Positions 39,166-50,847 of a stretch of DNA of 64,000 nt are shown here, piece by piece. The translations under genes were made by a program, and so were the position numbers. The notes below the pieces were generated by a model. It did no database searches, had not been told where the DNA came from, and saw only the letters and a program-made list of their open reading frames with translations. Numbering within the stretch: position 1 is the stretch's first letter; every line of letters begins with the position of its first letter. Source of the stretch: Flavobacteriales bacterium (GTDB lineage: Bacteria > Bacteroidota > Bacteroidia > Flavobacteriales > UBA7312); NCBI GenBank assembly GCA_049890095.1, contig JBMHCD010000005.1, positions 92,174 through 156,173 on the forward strand, given 5' to 3'.

Positions 39166-41478
39166 ATGAACAGATTCTTAACCTTATTCATTGTCTTTAA
39201 TGTATTTGGATTTTTTCAATTGCAAGCACAAATTCTTATAGATAATGCTGCCCCTTATAATAATCATGTTTACTTGATTGATGATGTTTTATTGGGAGGT
39301 GGAGTAGTTGCATCAAACCATTCATATCAAGGAGATTCCATACAGATTGGCTATTTTGATGGATCGAATTCAAATTTAGGTCTTGGTAGTGGCGTCGTTA
39401 TGTGTACAGGAGATATAAATTTACTTGATCCTAATTTTGCAGGCTTTGGAGATTTTATTGATGTAAACCCTCCAGTTACAGATCCTGATTTACTAAATGT
39501 TGCAAATTCAGTTCCTGGTTTAATAGGTCAAACTTTTTCGGTATCAAGTATTAATGATGTAGCTGTTTTAGAATTTGATTTTATTCCTAGTAGTGAAAAT
39601 TTATCATTTAGGTATGTTTTTGGTTCTCAAGAGTATTTTGCTTTTGAAAATACTCAGTATAATGATGTTTTTGGATTCTTTTTATCTGGACCAGGAATTG
39701 CGGGTCCATATTCTAGTCCTGCTGGATTCCCGGATGGGTCAATAAATATTGCGACTATACCAAATTCTAATCCTGAATTACCTATTACTATTTCGTCTGT
39801 AAATTCTACCTTAAATTCAGAATTTTTTGTAGACAACTCTTCTTTAGCAACTATTGCTGATGCTGATGGTTTTACAACAGTTATTACTGCCGAGGCAACA
39901 GTGCAGTGTGGTGAACTTTATCATATTAGATTAGCTATTGCTGATGGTTCTGATGGAGGTCTTTCATCTTACGTTTTTCTAGAAGAAAATAGTTTTACTT
40001 CTCCTGAGTTAAATATTACAAATGATGCTGGTCAGGATAGTTCATACATTGAAGTTGGATGTGGAACTTTAGTTACTTTGACAGCAGAACCTTCTGTTCC
40101 AGGAAATTATACGTATCAGTGGAATAATGGAGAAACTACGCAATCTATTCAAGTAGGAACAGGAGATTATATTGTAGAGGTAATAAATGATGCAAATTGT
40201 GCATTATTGTCTGACACTTTTCATGTTGAAGTGGTAAATACTGTAACTGTTGAGCTTGGGCAAAATTTAGAAGCATGTGCTGGAGAAGAAACAGTATTAG
40301 AAATAGAAAGTATTAATGGGGTAGCACCTTATACATATTTATGGAGTACCGGAGAGACTACTTCGTCAATTTCAGCACCAACTGGAACCTATACTTTACA
40401 AGTTACTGATGCAAATAATTGTGATGCAGATGATCAAGTAATGGTTGTGGAGGTAGATAGACCTACTGCAACTTTGACAGGAGGTGGTACAATTTGTGCA
40501 GGTTCTGAAGTTGGCGTGCCTTTAGACTTTGTTTTTACTGGAACTCCACCTTTTTCATTTTCATATCAGTGTGATAATCAGATATTAAACGATGTTTCTG
40601 ACTATTTTAATTACGTTAGAAATTCTAGTACTGTAGGTAATTATAGTATGATAGAGGTTACGGATATTAATTGTACTGGATATGTTGATGGTCAGGCTTT
40701 GATAGACACAAATTCTTTACCTTCATCTAAATTGATTGGCGGTGACATAATGTGTGAGGGTGATAGTAGTCTAATTTCAATTGAAATTAATGCAAATACT
40801 CCATATGATTTGTATTTACATAATGGTAACTATAGTGTTTTGTATAGTGGCTTAAATAGTCCTGAATTTTCTATGTATACAAATGAACCTGCGTTATATA
40901 CTGTTCAATTTATTGAGGATACTAATGGATGTAGATCAATTTCTAATATTGGGGAAGCTTTAGTTGCCATTAAGCCATATAAGAACCCTCAAATTTTAAC
41001 TTCAATTGATACTGTTATTTGTCCAATTGATCCACCATTACAGATTGAATCATTAACAGAAGGAGGTAGATGGTTTGGAAACGGACTAAATAATACGGGT
41101 TTATTTACACCAATTTTTGCTGGAGTTGGTGATCATTGGTTAACATATTCTTTTCCAGAAAATTGTAATGAAACAGATTCTGTTTTATTAACTGTTTCTT
41201 GTGAATTGCAGTTATTTATTCCAAATAGTTTCACTCCAAATTCTGATGATCAGAATGAATCTTTTGTTTTACAAGCCAATAACCTAATCGATTTTGAAAT
41301 TACTATATTTAATCGTTGGGGTAAACAACTATTCTATTCTAATAATATAGCAGATTCGTGGGATGGGAAATTTAAGGGAAAAGTTGTGCCTGCTGGAAAT
41401 TATTCTTATGTGGTAAAAGCATATGGAAATGATGGACAAATGGTTACTAAAACTGGAAATGTAAATATCCTGAAATAA
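39166..41478 (+). CDS. T9SS-secreted surface protein: choice-of-anchor-L N-domain, Ig-like repeats, type B (gliding-motility-associated / CHU_C) C-terminal sorting domain
   Basis: Signal peptide and an N-domain homologous to ORF 33389. The C-terminus LFIPNSFTPNSDDQNESF...ITIFNRWGKQLF...WDGKFKGKVVPAGNYSYVV...KTGNVNILK fits the type B CTD pattern (PNxFTPNxDxxNDxF...IFNRWG...WDG...G.Y.Y). Confidence 0.75.
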   Translation: MNRFLTLFIVFNVFGFFQLQAQILIDNAAPYNNHVYLIDDVLLGGGVVASNHSYQGDSIQIGYFDGSNSNLGLGSGVVMCTGDINLLDPNFAGFGDFIDVNPPVTDPDLLNVANSVPGLIGQTFSVSSINDVAVLEFDFIPSSENLSFRYVFGSQEYFAFENTQYNDVFGFFLSGPGIAGPYSSPAGFPDGSINIATIPNSNPELPITISSVNSTLNSEFFVDNSSLATIADADGFTTVITAEATVQCGELYHIRLAIADGSDGGLSSYVFLEENSFTSPELNITNDAGQDSSYIEVGCGTLVTLTAEPSVPGNYTYQWNNGETTQSIQVGTGDYIVEVINDANCALLSDTFHVEVVNTVTVELGQNLEACAGEETVLEIESINGVAPYTYLWSTGETTSSISAPTGTYTLQVTDANNCDADDQVMVVEVDRPTATLTGGGTICAGSEVGVPLDFVFTGTPPFSFSYQCDNQILNDVSDYFNYVRNSSTVGNYSMIEVTDINCTGYVDGQALIDTNSLPSSKLIGGDIMCEGDSSLISIEINANTPYDLYLHNGNYSVLYSGLNSPEFSMYTNEPALYTVQFIEDTNGCRSISNIGEALVAIKPYKNPQILTSIDTVICPIDPPLQIESLTEGGRWFGNGLNNTGLFTPIFAGVGDHWLTYSFPENCNETDSVLLTVSCELQLFIPNSFTPNSDDQNESFVLQANNLIDFEITIFNRWGKQLFYSNNIADSWDGKFKGKVVPAGNYSYVVKAYGNDGQMVTKTGNVNILK

Positions 41479-41544
41479 AATCTGTTTAAAAGTTTCGAGT
41501 CTAAAAACACCTATTATTATTTCCTTTTTTAATATTTGTAGGTA

Positions 41545-43971
41545 GTGATTTTTGTTGATGTAATATTACCATTACCTCTTGTTGAAACTTTTACATTTGA
41601 GGTTCCAGAACACTTTGAAAATATTCAGGTTGGAACTCGTGTAGTTGTTCAGTTTGGTAAAAAAAAGATTTACACTGCACTAGTATTTAAAAAGCATGCT
41701 GTCGCACCTCTAGGATACATTGTAAAACCAATTTTAGAAATTGTTGAAGATATTCCAATTGTTTCTAAAAAACAGCTAAAGTTTTGGGAGTGGATTTCTA
41801 ATTATTATTGTTGTTCTTTGGGTGAAGTAATGAATGTTGCCTTACCTAGTTCTGTAAAATTGTCCAGTGAAACTAAGTTTACTTTAACAGAAAAGAAAGT
41901 AGATTATTCTCTTTTAAATCAAAATGAGTTATCTATAATTAAAACGTTAGAAAAAAATTCAAAACTTTCAATAAATGATGTTTTTACTATCATTAATACA
42001 AAAAAGGCCTTTTTAGTTGTTGAAAGTCTTTTAGATAAAAATCTAATACATGTTTTTGAGGAATTAAATGAAAGCTATAAGCCAAAGATTAAAAAATTTA
42101 TTAAGCTTGAAAACTTTCATTTAGATAGAAGCGAGTTAATAAATTCAAAAAAACAGTTGCAAGTTTTTGATTTTTTAGTAGAGTATAACTCAAACAATCC
42201 GGATTCATTTATTTTAATGAAAGATTTAATTTTTCATACCCAGTGTTCGTACCAAACAATAAAAGGATTAGTTTCAAAGTCTATTATTTCAGTTTTGGAT
42301 TTAAAAGTAGATCGAATTGATAGGTTTTCTGAAAATCAACTTGATACATTACCTATTTTATCTAATGCTCAAAAAAATGCTTTTGATAGTATAAATAATC
42401 AATTTATGACGAAAGATGTTGTTCTATTACATGGAATAACTTCAAGTGGAAAAACCGAAATTTATATTAATCTTATAAATGAATTGATTAAAAAAGGGCA
42501 ACAAGTACTTTATTTATTGCCTGAAATAGCTCTAACTTCACAAATAATTCGTCGTTTACAATTATATTTTGGAGATAAGGTAGTAGTTTATCATTCTAAA
42601 CTAAATCAACATGAAAGAACAGAAATTTGGAAAGATTTACGATCTGGAAAACGATATTCTGTTGTAATTGGTGCTCGTTCGTCATTATTTTTACCTTTTA
42701 AAAACTTGGGGTGTATAATTATAGATGAAGAACATGAAACTACATTCAAACAATTTCAGCCAAATCCAAAGTATCACGCTAGAGATTGTTCTATAATGCT
42801 TGCTAAAATGTTGGGTATAAAAGTATTGTTAGGCTCGGCTACACCATCTATAGAATCCTATTATAACTCTAAAATTGGTAAATATGGTTTTGTTTCGCTA
42901 AATGAACGTTATGGTAATATGGAATTGCCTGATGTTGAAATTGTAGACTTAAAGTATCTAAGACACAGAAAATTATTAAAAAGTAGTTTTTCCGAAAAAT
43001 TGTTAGATAGCATTAAAACTTCTTTAAAAAATTCGGAACAAGTTATCCTTTTTCAAAATAGAAGAGGGTTTGCTCCTGTTAGTACTTGTCTTGATTGTGG
43101 ATGGGTATATCAATGTAAAAGTTGTGATGTTAGTTTAACTTACCATAAAAATTTAAATTTATTAAAGTGTCATTATTGTGGGTTTTCAGCATCGCCTATT
43201 GAAAAATGTCATTCGTGTAATTCTCATAATATTTCAGTAAAAGGTTTAGGTACTGAAAAAATAGAAGAAGAATTAACGGAATTAATTCCTGATGCAAGGA
43301 TAAAAAGAATGGACCTTGATACAACCTCTAAAAAAAATGCACATCAAAATATAATAAATGAATTCGAGCAAGGTAAAATCGACATTTTAATAGGTACACA
43401 AATGGTAACAAAAGGACTAGATTTTGATAACGTTAGTGTGGTTGGAGTTATTTATGCGGACAATATGCTTAATTTTCCAGATTTTCGTTCTCATGAACGT
43501 TCATTTAATTTAATGGTTCAAGTTGCTGGAAGAGCAGGAAGAAAAAAGAAAAAGGGGAAAGTTATAATTCAAACTTATTCTGCCCAACACGAAATTATTA
43601 AAGCGGTTATTGAAAGTAATTACAATCAGATGTATAACGATCAAATTTTAGAAAGAAAAGCTTTTGGTTATCCTCCATTTATTAAATTAATAGAGCTAGA
43701 AGTTTCTCATAGAAATTTTGAAATTAACAATTTAGCTGCAAAAGATCTGGCAAATGCTTTGAGAGAGTCTTTCGGAACTAATGTTTTGGGTCCTGAATAT
43801 CCTATGGTTTCTAGAATTAAAAACCTTTATATCAAAAACATTCTATTAAAAATAGATTCTGATATATCGTCAGCCAAAGTAAAAAAACATCTTTTAAATT
43901 TAATTAAATGGTTAAAAAGTCAATCTAAATATAAATCTGTTAAAGTAAAAATAGATGTTGACCCAGTTTAA
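41545..43971 (+). CDS. priA: primosomal replication-restart helicase PriA
   Basis: Walker A GITSSGKTE, DEEHE box, a Cys-rich zinc-binding insert (CLDCGWVYQCKSCDVSLTYH...CHYCG...CHSC) and QVAGRAGR. GTG start. Confidence 0.9.
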   Translation: MIFVDVILPLPLVETFTFEVPEHFENIQVGTRVVVQFGKKKIYTALVFKKHAVAPLGYIVKPILEIVEDIPIVSKKQLKFWEWISNYYCCSLGEVMNVALPSSVKLSSETKFTLTEKKVDYSLLNQNELSIIKTLEKNSKLSINDVFTIINTKKAFLVVESLLDKNLIHVFEELNESYKPKIKKFIKLENFHLDRSELINSKKQLQVFDFLVEYNSNNPDSFILMKDLIFHTQCSYQTIKGLVSKSIISVLDLKVDRIDRFSENQLDTLPILSNAQKNAFDSINNQFMTKDVVLLHGITSSGKTEIYINLINELIKKGQQVLYLLPEIALTSQIIRRLQLYFGDKVVVYHSKLNQHERTEIWKDLRSGKRYSVVIGARSSLFLPFKNLGCIIIDEEHETTFKQFQPNPKYHARDCSIMLAKMLGIKVLLGSATPSIESYYNSKIGKYGFVSLNERYGNMELPDVEIVDLKYLRHRKLLKSSFSEKLLDSIKTSLKNSEQVILFQNRRGFAPVSTCLDCGWVYQCKSCDVSLTYHKNLNLLKCHYCGFSASPIEKCHSCNSHNISVKGLGTEKIEEELTELIPDARIKRMDLDTTSKKNAHQNIINEFEQGKIDILIGTQMVTKGLDFDNVSVVGVIYADNMLNFPDFRSHERSFNLMVQVAGRAGRKKKKGKVIIQTYSAQHEIIKAVIESNYNQMYNDQILERKAFGYPPFIKLIELEVSHRNFEINNLAAKDLANALRESFGTNVLGPEYPMVSRIKNLYIKNILLKIDSDISSAKVKKHLLNLIKWLKSQSKYKSVKVKIDVDPV

Positions 43972-44645
43972 TTAACACATTCTTTCCATAAATTATCATG
44001 TAGGGGAGGTGGGGCAATTATTTCAATTTCACGATTTTGAACAGGATGAATAAACTTTATTTTTCTTGCATGAAGATGAATGCTTGAATCCTTATTTGTT
44101 CTATCAAAACCATATTTAATATCTCCTTTGATTGGGCAGCCAATAGAAGATAGTTGTACTCTGATTTGATGATGACGACCAGTTTTTGGTTTAACTTCTA
44201 ATAAAAAATATCGATCAAGTTTTTTTATCAATTTATAATTAAGCTCAGATTTCAATAAGCCACTTTCTTCTTTTTTATATGCAAATGATTTATTCCTTTT
44301 TTGATTTTTTTTCAGAAAGTGTGTTAAAGCTCCTTTTTCTGTTTTGGGTTTGTTTTTGACTATTGCCCAATAGGTTTTTTCGATTTCACGATTTTTAAAT
44401 AAATTATTTAATCGACTAAGTGCTTTGCTAGTTTTAGCAAACAAAAGAACACCACTAACCGGTCTGTCTATCCGGTGTACAACTCCCAAATATGCTTCTC
44501 CTGGTTTATTATACTTTTTAACCAGATATTCTTTGACATATTCACTTAATGGCTTGTCACCTGTCTTATCTCCTTGAACAATATCTGAGGGTTTTTTGTT
44601 GACAGCAATGACATGATTATCCTCATATAGGATATTTAGCATCAA
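43968..44645 (-). CDS. RluA-family pseudouridine synthase
   Basis: Catalytic HRIDRPVSG motif and HQIR. 225 aa (short form lacking the S4 domain). Confidence 0.85.
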   Translation of the reverse strand: MMLNILYEDNHVIAVNKKPSDIVQGDKTGDKPLSEYVKEYLVKKYNKPGEAYLGVVHRIDRPVSGVLLFAKTSKALSRLNNLFKNREIEKTYWAIVKNKPKTEKGALTHFLKKNQKRNKSFAYKKEESGLLKSELNYKLIKKLDRYFLLEVKPKTGRHHQIRVQLSSIGCPIKGDIKYGFDRTNKDSSIHLHARKIKFIHPVQNREIEIIAPPPLHDNLWKECVN

Positions 44646-45460
44646 TATTGTTCTTTTTCGTTAGGAAAATCGATGGTTTTTACATCATTTACATACTGAC
44701 TTACTGCAGATTTGATATCATCATAAAGGTTAAGATATCTTCTTAGAAATCTAGGACTAAATTCATGAGTCATTCCAATCATATCATGTAAAACAAGAAC
44801 TTGACCGTCTACATTAGGTCCTGCACCAATTCCAATGACTGGAATTTTTACACTTTCAGCAACTTTTTTAGCTAATGAAGATGGAATTTTTTCTAAAACT
44901 ATCGCAAAACAACCTGCTTGTTCTAATAATAAGGCATCTTCAATTAACTGTTTTGCTTCTTGTTCTTCTTTTGCTCTCACTGTGTAAGTACCAAATTTAT
45001 AAATCGATTGAGGAGTTAAACCTAAATGACCCATAACGGGAATTCCAGCACTTAAAATACGTTCGATAGATTCAATAATTTCTTTACCACCTTCTAGTTT
45101 TACTGAATGCGCTCCAGATTCTTTCATTATTCTAATTGCACAACTTAATGCTTGTTTAGAATTTCCTTGATAGGATCCAAATGGCATATCAGCTACAATT
45201 AAAGCTCTATCAACAGCTCGCACAACAGAAGAAGTATGATAAATCATTTGATCTAATGTTATAGGAAGAGTAGTTTCATTACCAGCCATAACGTTAGAAG
45301 CCGAATCGCCAACTAATATTACGTCAATTCCTCCTTGATCAACAATTTTAGCTAATGTATAATCGTATGCTGTTAGCATAGAGATTTTCTCTCCATTACG
45401 CTTCATTTCTTGTAAGGAATGGGTTGTTATTTTCTTGTAAGATTTTTTGTGTATTGACAT
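44642..45460 (-). CDS. panB: 3-methyl-2-oxobutanoate hydroxymethyltransferase
   Basis: [24 protein letters not shown] and GHLGLTPQ motifs. Confidence 0.95.
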   Translation of the reverse strand: MSIHKKSYKKITTHSLQEMKRNGEKISMLTAYDYTLAKIVDQGGIDVILVGDSASNVMAGNETTLPITLDQMIYHTSSVVRAVDRALIVADMPFGSYQGNSKQALSCAIRIMKESGAHSVKLEGGKEIIESIERILSAGIPVMGHLGLTPQSIYKFGTYTVRAKEEQEAKQLIEDALLLEQAGCFAIVLEKIPSSLAKKVAESVKIPVIGIGAGPNVDGQVLVLHDMIGMTHEFSPRFLRRYLNLYDDIKSAVSQYVNDVKTIDFPNEKEQY

Positions 45461-45461
45461 G

Positions 45462-47636
45462 TTAAAATTTGACTATATAAGCATCCTTGAAACCTAAATT
45501 ATTTACATTTAGTAAATGTTCTCTTGCATCAGAGTAGTTAGTAAATTTTCCGCTTATATAAATGAATTGCTTGTTTTGAGTTTCTATTTTAGTAATATCA
45601 TTTAACCCTTCAATATCTATTTCATTTTCAAATAACCCAAGCTGTACTCTATATGTCTGACCTGAATCTGTTCTTTCATTTTGAGATACTTCACTCTGTA
45701 AAGTCAATAACTGAGATTGAAACAATCTACTTTTTTCTAATTCAAATCTGTAAGATTCTGCAAATTGAGCAGCGATAACTTTTTGTAATTCTAAAGTTTT
45801 TTGAAGTGTTTGATTTTCAAGTTTTATATTTTTTAATGTAGCAATATTATCTTGGTTTTCTTTTTGTAAACTCTGATACTTAATAATTAATTCTTCTAAT
45901 TCGTTTGATTTAGTCTGTAAAAATGAATTGGATTTCGTGAGTACATTAATAGAATCCGACAAAGATTTATTTTCCGAGCTAAGACGAGTGTTTAAGTTTT
46001 GAATTTTCTCTACTTTTTGTTTCAGATTGGTTGTAGATGTTTCTAGTTTTGATATTTTGCTATCCTTTGAAATAATAGATTTTTCATGTTTTGAAATAGA
46101 AGTTTGTAAAGAGACTTTTAAATCATTTAAACTTTTAATTTTTTGATTTTTTTCTGATAATTGTGAATTCAGACTTTTTTGATTTGATTCTAAATTGTCT
46201 TTTTGTTTAGTGAGACTATTAATAGAGTTTTTTTGTGAAACAATTTTTTTATTTAACTCTGATTTTATACCACTAATTTCGGTTTTTAAATTTTGAATTT
46301 GAGAATTTAAATCGTTTATAGTCTTTTCGGACGAACTATTTATATTTTTTACATCATTAAGTTTCGTATTTAATAATGTCAGTTGATTATTTAAATTTTT
46401 AACCTCTTTATCTTGTGAAACAATTTTTCTTTTAAGTTCAGATTTTTCAGACGATAAGTTTTCTTTTTCACTGGTTAGAGAAGTTTTTTGTAATTTAATG
46501 TTGCTTAGTTCAAGTTCTAATTTTTCATTTTCTTTTTTCAGAACATTAATCTTCGAATTTAGGTTTGTTAATTCGACTGTTTTACTGCTGAGTTTTCCAG
46601 TTGTATTAGATAATTTATTTTGCAAGTCGCTTAATTTGGTACTCTTTGTTTCTAAAGATTGTTTTAGTTCTTTATTTTTTTTGTTTAACTGAGTTATATC
46701 ATTTTCATAGTCAAACACCAAATTTTTAAAATCAACTAAGTCTTTATTATTTTTTTCAATTGTTGTTTTTTCGTTTTTTAACTTACTTTTTAACTCAGTG
46801 TTTGAATTATTTGAAAGGATTAGCTTTTCTTCTATTTCTTTAAGTTGAACAGAAAGTTTCTGGTTTGAAATAGTAATACTATCAATTGCTGTTTTTTTAG
46901 AATCAATAACTCTATTTTTCTCAATTATGTCAGTCTCAAGTTTTAAAAGTTTATCGTTAGTTTGTTTGAAATCTTTTTGTGAAACATAATCGCCTTGCTT
47001 TTCAACGTGTATAAAATCAATTCTTGATTGAGATGATGGTCCAACTATAATACCTAACCTTCCATTTGTAAATTGATCTAAAACGTATGTTTCGATAAAT
47101 TTGAAATTAAAGTAGAGATCTATTTTTCCGTTGTAGTTTACTATGTCAACATAATTAAATTCATTATTTCCTTTTAGATGTTGAGAGGTAGTCCAACCTT
47201 TATTCTCCCTTGTTCCACTTAAGTATTTTGATTGACCATCAATAATTAGTCTTACTCTGTATTCGTTTTTTGTATTAATTTCTACAGAAACAGTACCATT
47301 ACCATCCAATTGAGTATTTAGCAAAATTCCTGCAAATGCCATTTTATTTGAATTAGGCTCTAGTTTTATAGATGTTTTGATTTTATAATTTTCTTCATTA
47401 AAAGAAGTTTTAGAAAATAGAGTAAATTCAGAATTTTTATTATTTCTGCTCAAAAATAAATCACCATCATCAACTATAAAATAATTGTCGATTGTAAGCT
47501 TAACGTCAAATAGAGTATTTTGAGAATTAAAATTTTCTTTGAAAACTTCCTGATTGAAGTTTGTTAGAGGGATTTGTTGGGCAATTAAAGAAGATGTTGT
47601 AACAAGGAAAGCAATTAAAAAGAAATAGTTTTTCAT
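45462..47636 (-). CDS. secreted protein: N-terminal beta-rich (lectin/jelly-roll-like?) domain, ~430-aa coiled coil, C-terminal SPOR-like domain
   Basis: Signal peptide [20 protein letters not shown]. Residues ~225-655 are S/N/K/L/E/Q-rich with a heptad-like pattern. The C-terminus [12 protein letters not shown]...[32 protein letters not shown] matches the SPOR pattern (YxVQxGxF...A...L...G...A.IV). Confidence 0.5.
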   Translation of the reverse strand: MKNYFFLIAFLVTTSSLIAQQIPLTNFNQEVFKENFNSQNTLFDVKLTIDNYFIVDDGDLFLSRNNKNSEFTLFSKTSFNEENYKIKTSIKLEPNSNKMAFAGILLNTQLDGNGTVSVEINTKNEYRVRLIIDGQSKYLSGTRENKGWTTSQHLKGNNEFNYVDIVNYNGKIDLYFNFKFIETYVLDQFTNGRLGIIVGPSSQSRIDFIHVEKQGDYVSQKDFKQTNDKLLKLETDIIEKNRVIDSKKTAIDSITISNQKLSVQLKEIEEKLILSNNSNTELKSKLKNEKTTIEKNNKDLVDFKNLVFDYENDITQLNKKNKELKQSLETKSTKLSDLQNKLSNTTGKLSSKTVELTNLNSKINVLKKENEKLELELSNIKLQKTSLTSEKENLSSEKSELKRKIVSQDKEVKNLNNQLTLLNTKLNDVKNINSSSEKTINDLNSQIQNLKTEISGIKSELNKKIVSQKNSINSLTKQKDNLESNQKSLNSQLSEKNQKIKSLNDLKVSLQTSISKHEKSIISKDSKISKLETSTTNLKQKVEKIQNLNTRLSSENKSLSDSINVLTKSNSFLQTKSNELEELIIKYQSLQKENQDNIATLKNIKLENQTLQKTLELQKVIAAQFAESYRFELEKSRLFQSQLLTLQSEVSQNERTDSGQTYRVQLGLFENEIDIEGLNDITKIETQNKQFIYISGKFTNYSDAREHLLNVNNLGFKDAYIVKF

Positions 47637-47661
47637 AATTAGTAATCATTATATATATCTA

Positions 47662-47669
47662 CAAATGTA
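47662..47669 (-). promoter_or_regulatory. candidate -7 box (TACATTTG) for the coiled-coil/SPOR gene
   Basis: Exact TAnnTTTG on the minus strand, 25 nt upstream of the ATG at 47636. Confidence 0.3.
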
Positions 47670-47708
47670 GTAAGTGTTATTCACATTTGAAAGTATAAAT
47701 ATAAAGTA

Positions 47709-47716
47709 TAAATTTG
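47709..47716 (+). promoter_or_regulatory. candidate -7 box (TAAATTTG) for the lipoprotein gene
   Basis: Exact TAnnTTTG, 5 nt upstream of the ATG at 47722. It lies inside the longer ORF-track model that starts at 47674. Confidence 0.35.
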
Positions 47717-47721
47717 CATAT

Positions 47722-48771
47722 ATGAAAAAATCAACTCTTTTATTATTTTCTGTGCTATTATTTATTTTTTCTTGTGATTCTGATTTTGATGTAAATGCAG
47801 ATTGGAAAGAATCTATGGTTGTTTATGGATTGTTAGACCAATCAGTCGATACCCAAAAAGTGATAATTTACAAGGCATTTTTAGGAAATCAAAGTGCATA
47901 TGCTTTAGCTCAAGAAATAGACTCTATTTATTATGGTGAAAATGATTTAGAGGTGTTTTTATATGGATTAGACGGTGAAGATACTATACAAACTATAGCA
48001 TTAAATTATACAGAAACTAATAATAGAAATCATTCAGGATCGGATACAATTTTCTCTCTAGAAAAATCAGTAGAATATACAACAACTGAAAAATTGGACC
48101 CAGAATTAGTTTACCATTTTTATGCGTTAAACTTAAATAGTGGTAATGAAGTAAGATCTTCAACTTCACTCATTAGTCCCTTAGATATTAACGAAGGGTT
48201 TGGAGATGTAATATTTTTTAAAAATAACCAGTACAGAACTTATAAGTTAAAATGGAGATCCTCGGCAAATGCTATTTCATACAAACCTATTTTACGTTTT
48301 TATTACATAGAAAAAGACGTTTTTACAGGAGAAGTTTCCTATAAATTTATTGAAAAAGAATATGCAGAGCAATCTTCGGTTAATGCAAATGGTGGTCAGC
48401 AAATGGAATTAGGAATTAGTGGAGAAAGCTTTTATTATTTTGTTAAGAATTCAATTTCACCTAACGAAAATGTTGAACGAATTAATGCTCAAGAATTAGA
48501 TGATGGAGTTTCAAGCTCAGATAATTGGTTAGGAGGTATTGAGTTTAGATTTGTTGTAGGTGGTGAAGAAATATCTCAATATATCAGTATAAACAATTTA
48601 CCAAATTTATTATTTCAAGATCCTCCAACTTATACTAATATTGAAAATGGATTAGGTATTTTTTCCTCTAGACTTAATGCTTCGTTATCCTATAAAAAAC
48701 TTGAGGTTCAATCCTTAAGTGAGTTATCTAGTGGTGAAACTACCAATGAATTGGGTTTTATTGTTCCCTAG
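47722..48771 (+). CDS. hypothetical lipoprotein
   Basis: The start is set at MKKSTLLLFSVLLFIFSC (lipobox-like FSC). 349 aa. No family is recognised with confidence; the N-terminal pattern is vaguely DUF4249-like. Confidence 0.5.
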   Translation: MKKSTLLLFSVLLFIFSCDSDFDVNADWKESMVVYGLLDQSVDTQKVIIYKAFLGNQSAYALAQEIDSIYYGENDLEVFLYGLDGEDTIQTIALNYTETNNRNHSGSDTIFSLEKSVEYTTTEKLDPELVYHFYALNLNSGNEVRSSTSLISPLDINEGFGDVIFFKNNQYRTYKLKWRSSANAISYKPILRFYYIEKDVFTGEVSYKFIEKEYAEQSSVNANGGQQMELGISGESFYYFVKNSISPNENVERINAQELDDGVSSSDNWLGGIEFRFVVGGEEISQYISINNLPNLLFQDPPTYTNIENGLGIFSSRLNASLSYKKLEVQSLSELSSGETTNELGFIVP

Positions 48772-48892
48772 TTCTGACAAGCTGTCTTAAAATGTGACAT
48801 CCTTTCATGTTCTATTCTCTTTTTCTGCTTTGGCATATTCTTTGCATTTATGCTTTTCAGTTAAACAATTGAATTAATCAAAATTATATAAA

Positions 48893-50791
48893 ATGAGTAA
48901 AATTATTGGAATCGATTTAGGTACAACCAATTCATGTGTTTCTGTAATGGAAGGTAATGAACCGGTAGTTATTCCTAATAGTGAAGGTAAAAGAACAACA
49001 CCTTCAATTGTTGCCTTTGTTGAGGGAGGCGAAAGAAAAGTTGGTGACCCAGCAAAAAGACAAGCAATCACTAACCCTCAAAAAACAATTTCTTCGATTA
49101 AAAGGTTTATGGGAGAGTCTTTTAATAAAATGACAAAAGAAATTTCACGAGTACCATATAAAATGGAAAAAGGAGATAATAATACTGTTCGAGTAAAGAT
49201 AGATGACAGATTATATACTCCTCAAGAAATTTCTGCAATGGTACTTCAAAAGATGAAAAAAACAGCAGAAGACTATCTTGGTTCTGAAGTTTCTGAGGCT
49301 GTTGTAACTGTTCCTGCATATTTTAATGATGCTCAAAGACAAGCTACTAAAGAAGCAGGGGAAATAGCAGGTTTAAAAGTTAGTAGAATTATCAACGAGC
49401 CTACAGCAGCAGCTTTGGCTTATGGTTTAGATAAGGCTGATCAAGACAAAACAATAGCTGTTTTTGACTTAGGAGGAGGTACTTTTGATGTTTCTATTCT
49501 AGAATTAGGTGATGGTGTTTTTGAAGTGAAGTCAACAAATGGAGATACTCATCTTGGTGGTGATGACTTTGATCAAATATTGATAGACTGGTTGGCAGAA
49601 GAGTTTAATAAAGACGAAGGTATCGACCTAAGAAAAGATGCAATGGCATTACAGAGATTAAAAGAAGCTGCTGAAAAAGCTAAAGTTGAATTGTCTTCTG
49701 GAACACAAACGGAAATAAACCTTCCTTATGTTACTGCTACAGCATCAGGACCTAAGCACTTGGTTAGAACATTAACAAGGGCTCAATTTGAAAAGCTTGC
49801 TGATACACTTATACAAGCAACTATTCCTCCGTGCCAACAAGCTTTGAAAGATGCTGGTTTGTCTAAAGGAGATATAGATGAAGTAATATTAGTAGGAGGG
49901 TCTACAAGAATTCCTGCAATCCAAAATATTGTAAAAGAATTTTTTGGTAAAGAGCCATCGAAAGGTGTTAACCCTGATGAAGTAGTAGCAATCGGTGCAG
50001 CTATTCAGGGTGGTGTTCTAACAGGCGACGTTAAAGATGTGCTTTTATTAGATGTTACTCCACTTTCCTTAGGTATCGAAACAATGGGAGGTGTTATGAC
50101 TAAATTAATAGAATCAAATACTACTATTCCAACAAAAAAATCAGAGGTGTTCTCAACAGCAGCTGATAATCAACCTGCTGTAGATATTCATGTTTTACAA
50201 GGAGAACGTCCAATGGCTAATGATAACAAAACCATTGGTAGATTTCAGTTATCTGATATTCCACCAGCTCCTAGAGGAGTACCTCAGATTGAAGTAACTT
50301 TTGATATTGATGCAAATGGAATTTTGAATGTATCTGCAAAAGATAAAGCTACTGGAAAAGAGCAGAACATTAAAATTGAAGCTTCTTCTGGATTATCTGA
50401 ACAAGAAATTGAAAGAATGAAAAAAGAGGCTGAAGCGAATGCTGATGCAGATAAAAAAGTTAAAGAAACTGCAGAAAAAATTAATGGAGCTGATGCCATG
50501 ATTTTTCAAACAGAAAAACAGTTAAAAGAATTTGGAGATAAATTATCAGATGATAAAAAAGCTCCTATCGAAACTGCTTTAGCAGAGCTTAAAAAGGCTC
50601 ATGAAAGTAAAGATTTAGCTTCAATTGATTCAGCAATGGAGCAAATAAATCAAGCATGGACTGCTGCCTCTGAAGAAATGTACAAAGCGGGTCAGCAAGG
50701 TGGTGAAAGTCCAGAGCCTGGACAAGCAAATGCTAATACTGGTGATGATGTCACCGATGTTGATTTTGAAGAGGTTAAGGAAGACAAATAA
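48893..50791 (+). CDS. dnaK: molecular chaperone DnaK (Hsp70)
   Basis: [18 protein letters not shown] and [11 protein letters not shown] motifs. 632 aa. Confidence 0.98.
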   Translation: MSKIIGIDLGTTNSCVSVMEGNEPVVIPNSEGKRTTPSIVAFVEGGERKVGDPAKRQAITNPQKTISSIKRFMGESFNKMTKEISRVPYKMEKGDNNTVRVKIDDRLYTPQEISAMVLQKMKKTAEDYLGSEVSEAVVTVPAYFNDAQRQATKEAGEIAGLKVSRIINEPTAAALAYGLDKADQDKTIAVFDLGGGTFDVSILELGDGVFEVKSTNGDTHLGGDDFDQILIDWLAEEFNKDEGIDLRKDAMALQRLKEAAEKAKVELSSGTQTEINLPYVTATASGPKHLVRTLTRAQFEKLADTLIQATIPPCQQALKDAGLSKGDIDEVILVGGSTRIPAIQNIVKEFFGKEPSKGVNPDEVVAIGAAIQGGVLTGDVKDVLLLDVTPLSLGIETMGGVMTKLIESNTTIPTKKSEVFSTAADNQPAVDIHVLQGERPMANDNKTIGRFQLSDIPPAPRGVPQIEVTFDIDANGILNVSAKDKATGKEQNIKIEASSGLSEQEIERMKKEAEANADADKKVKETAEKINGADAMIFQTEKQLKEFGDKLSDDKKAPIETALAELKKAHESKDLASIDSAMEQINQAWTAASEEMYKAGQQGGESPEPGQANANTGDDVTDVDFEEVKEDK

Positions 50792-50814
50792 TCTTTAATT
50801 TAACTAAATTGAAT

Positions 50815-50847
50815 AAAGCTCTCAGAAATGAGGGCTTTATTTTTTTG
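50815..50847 (+). terminator. intrinsic terminator downstream of dnaK
   Basis: AAAGCTCTCA-GAAA-TGAGGGCTTT (about a 10-bp stem with one G-U pair) followed by ATTTTTTTG. It overlaps the last codons of the convergent smpB. Confidence 0.65.
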
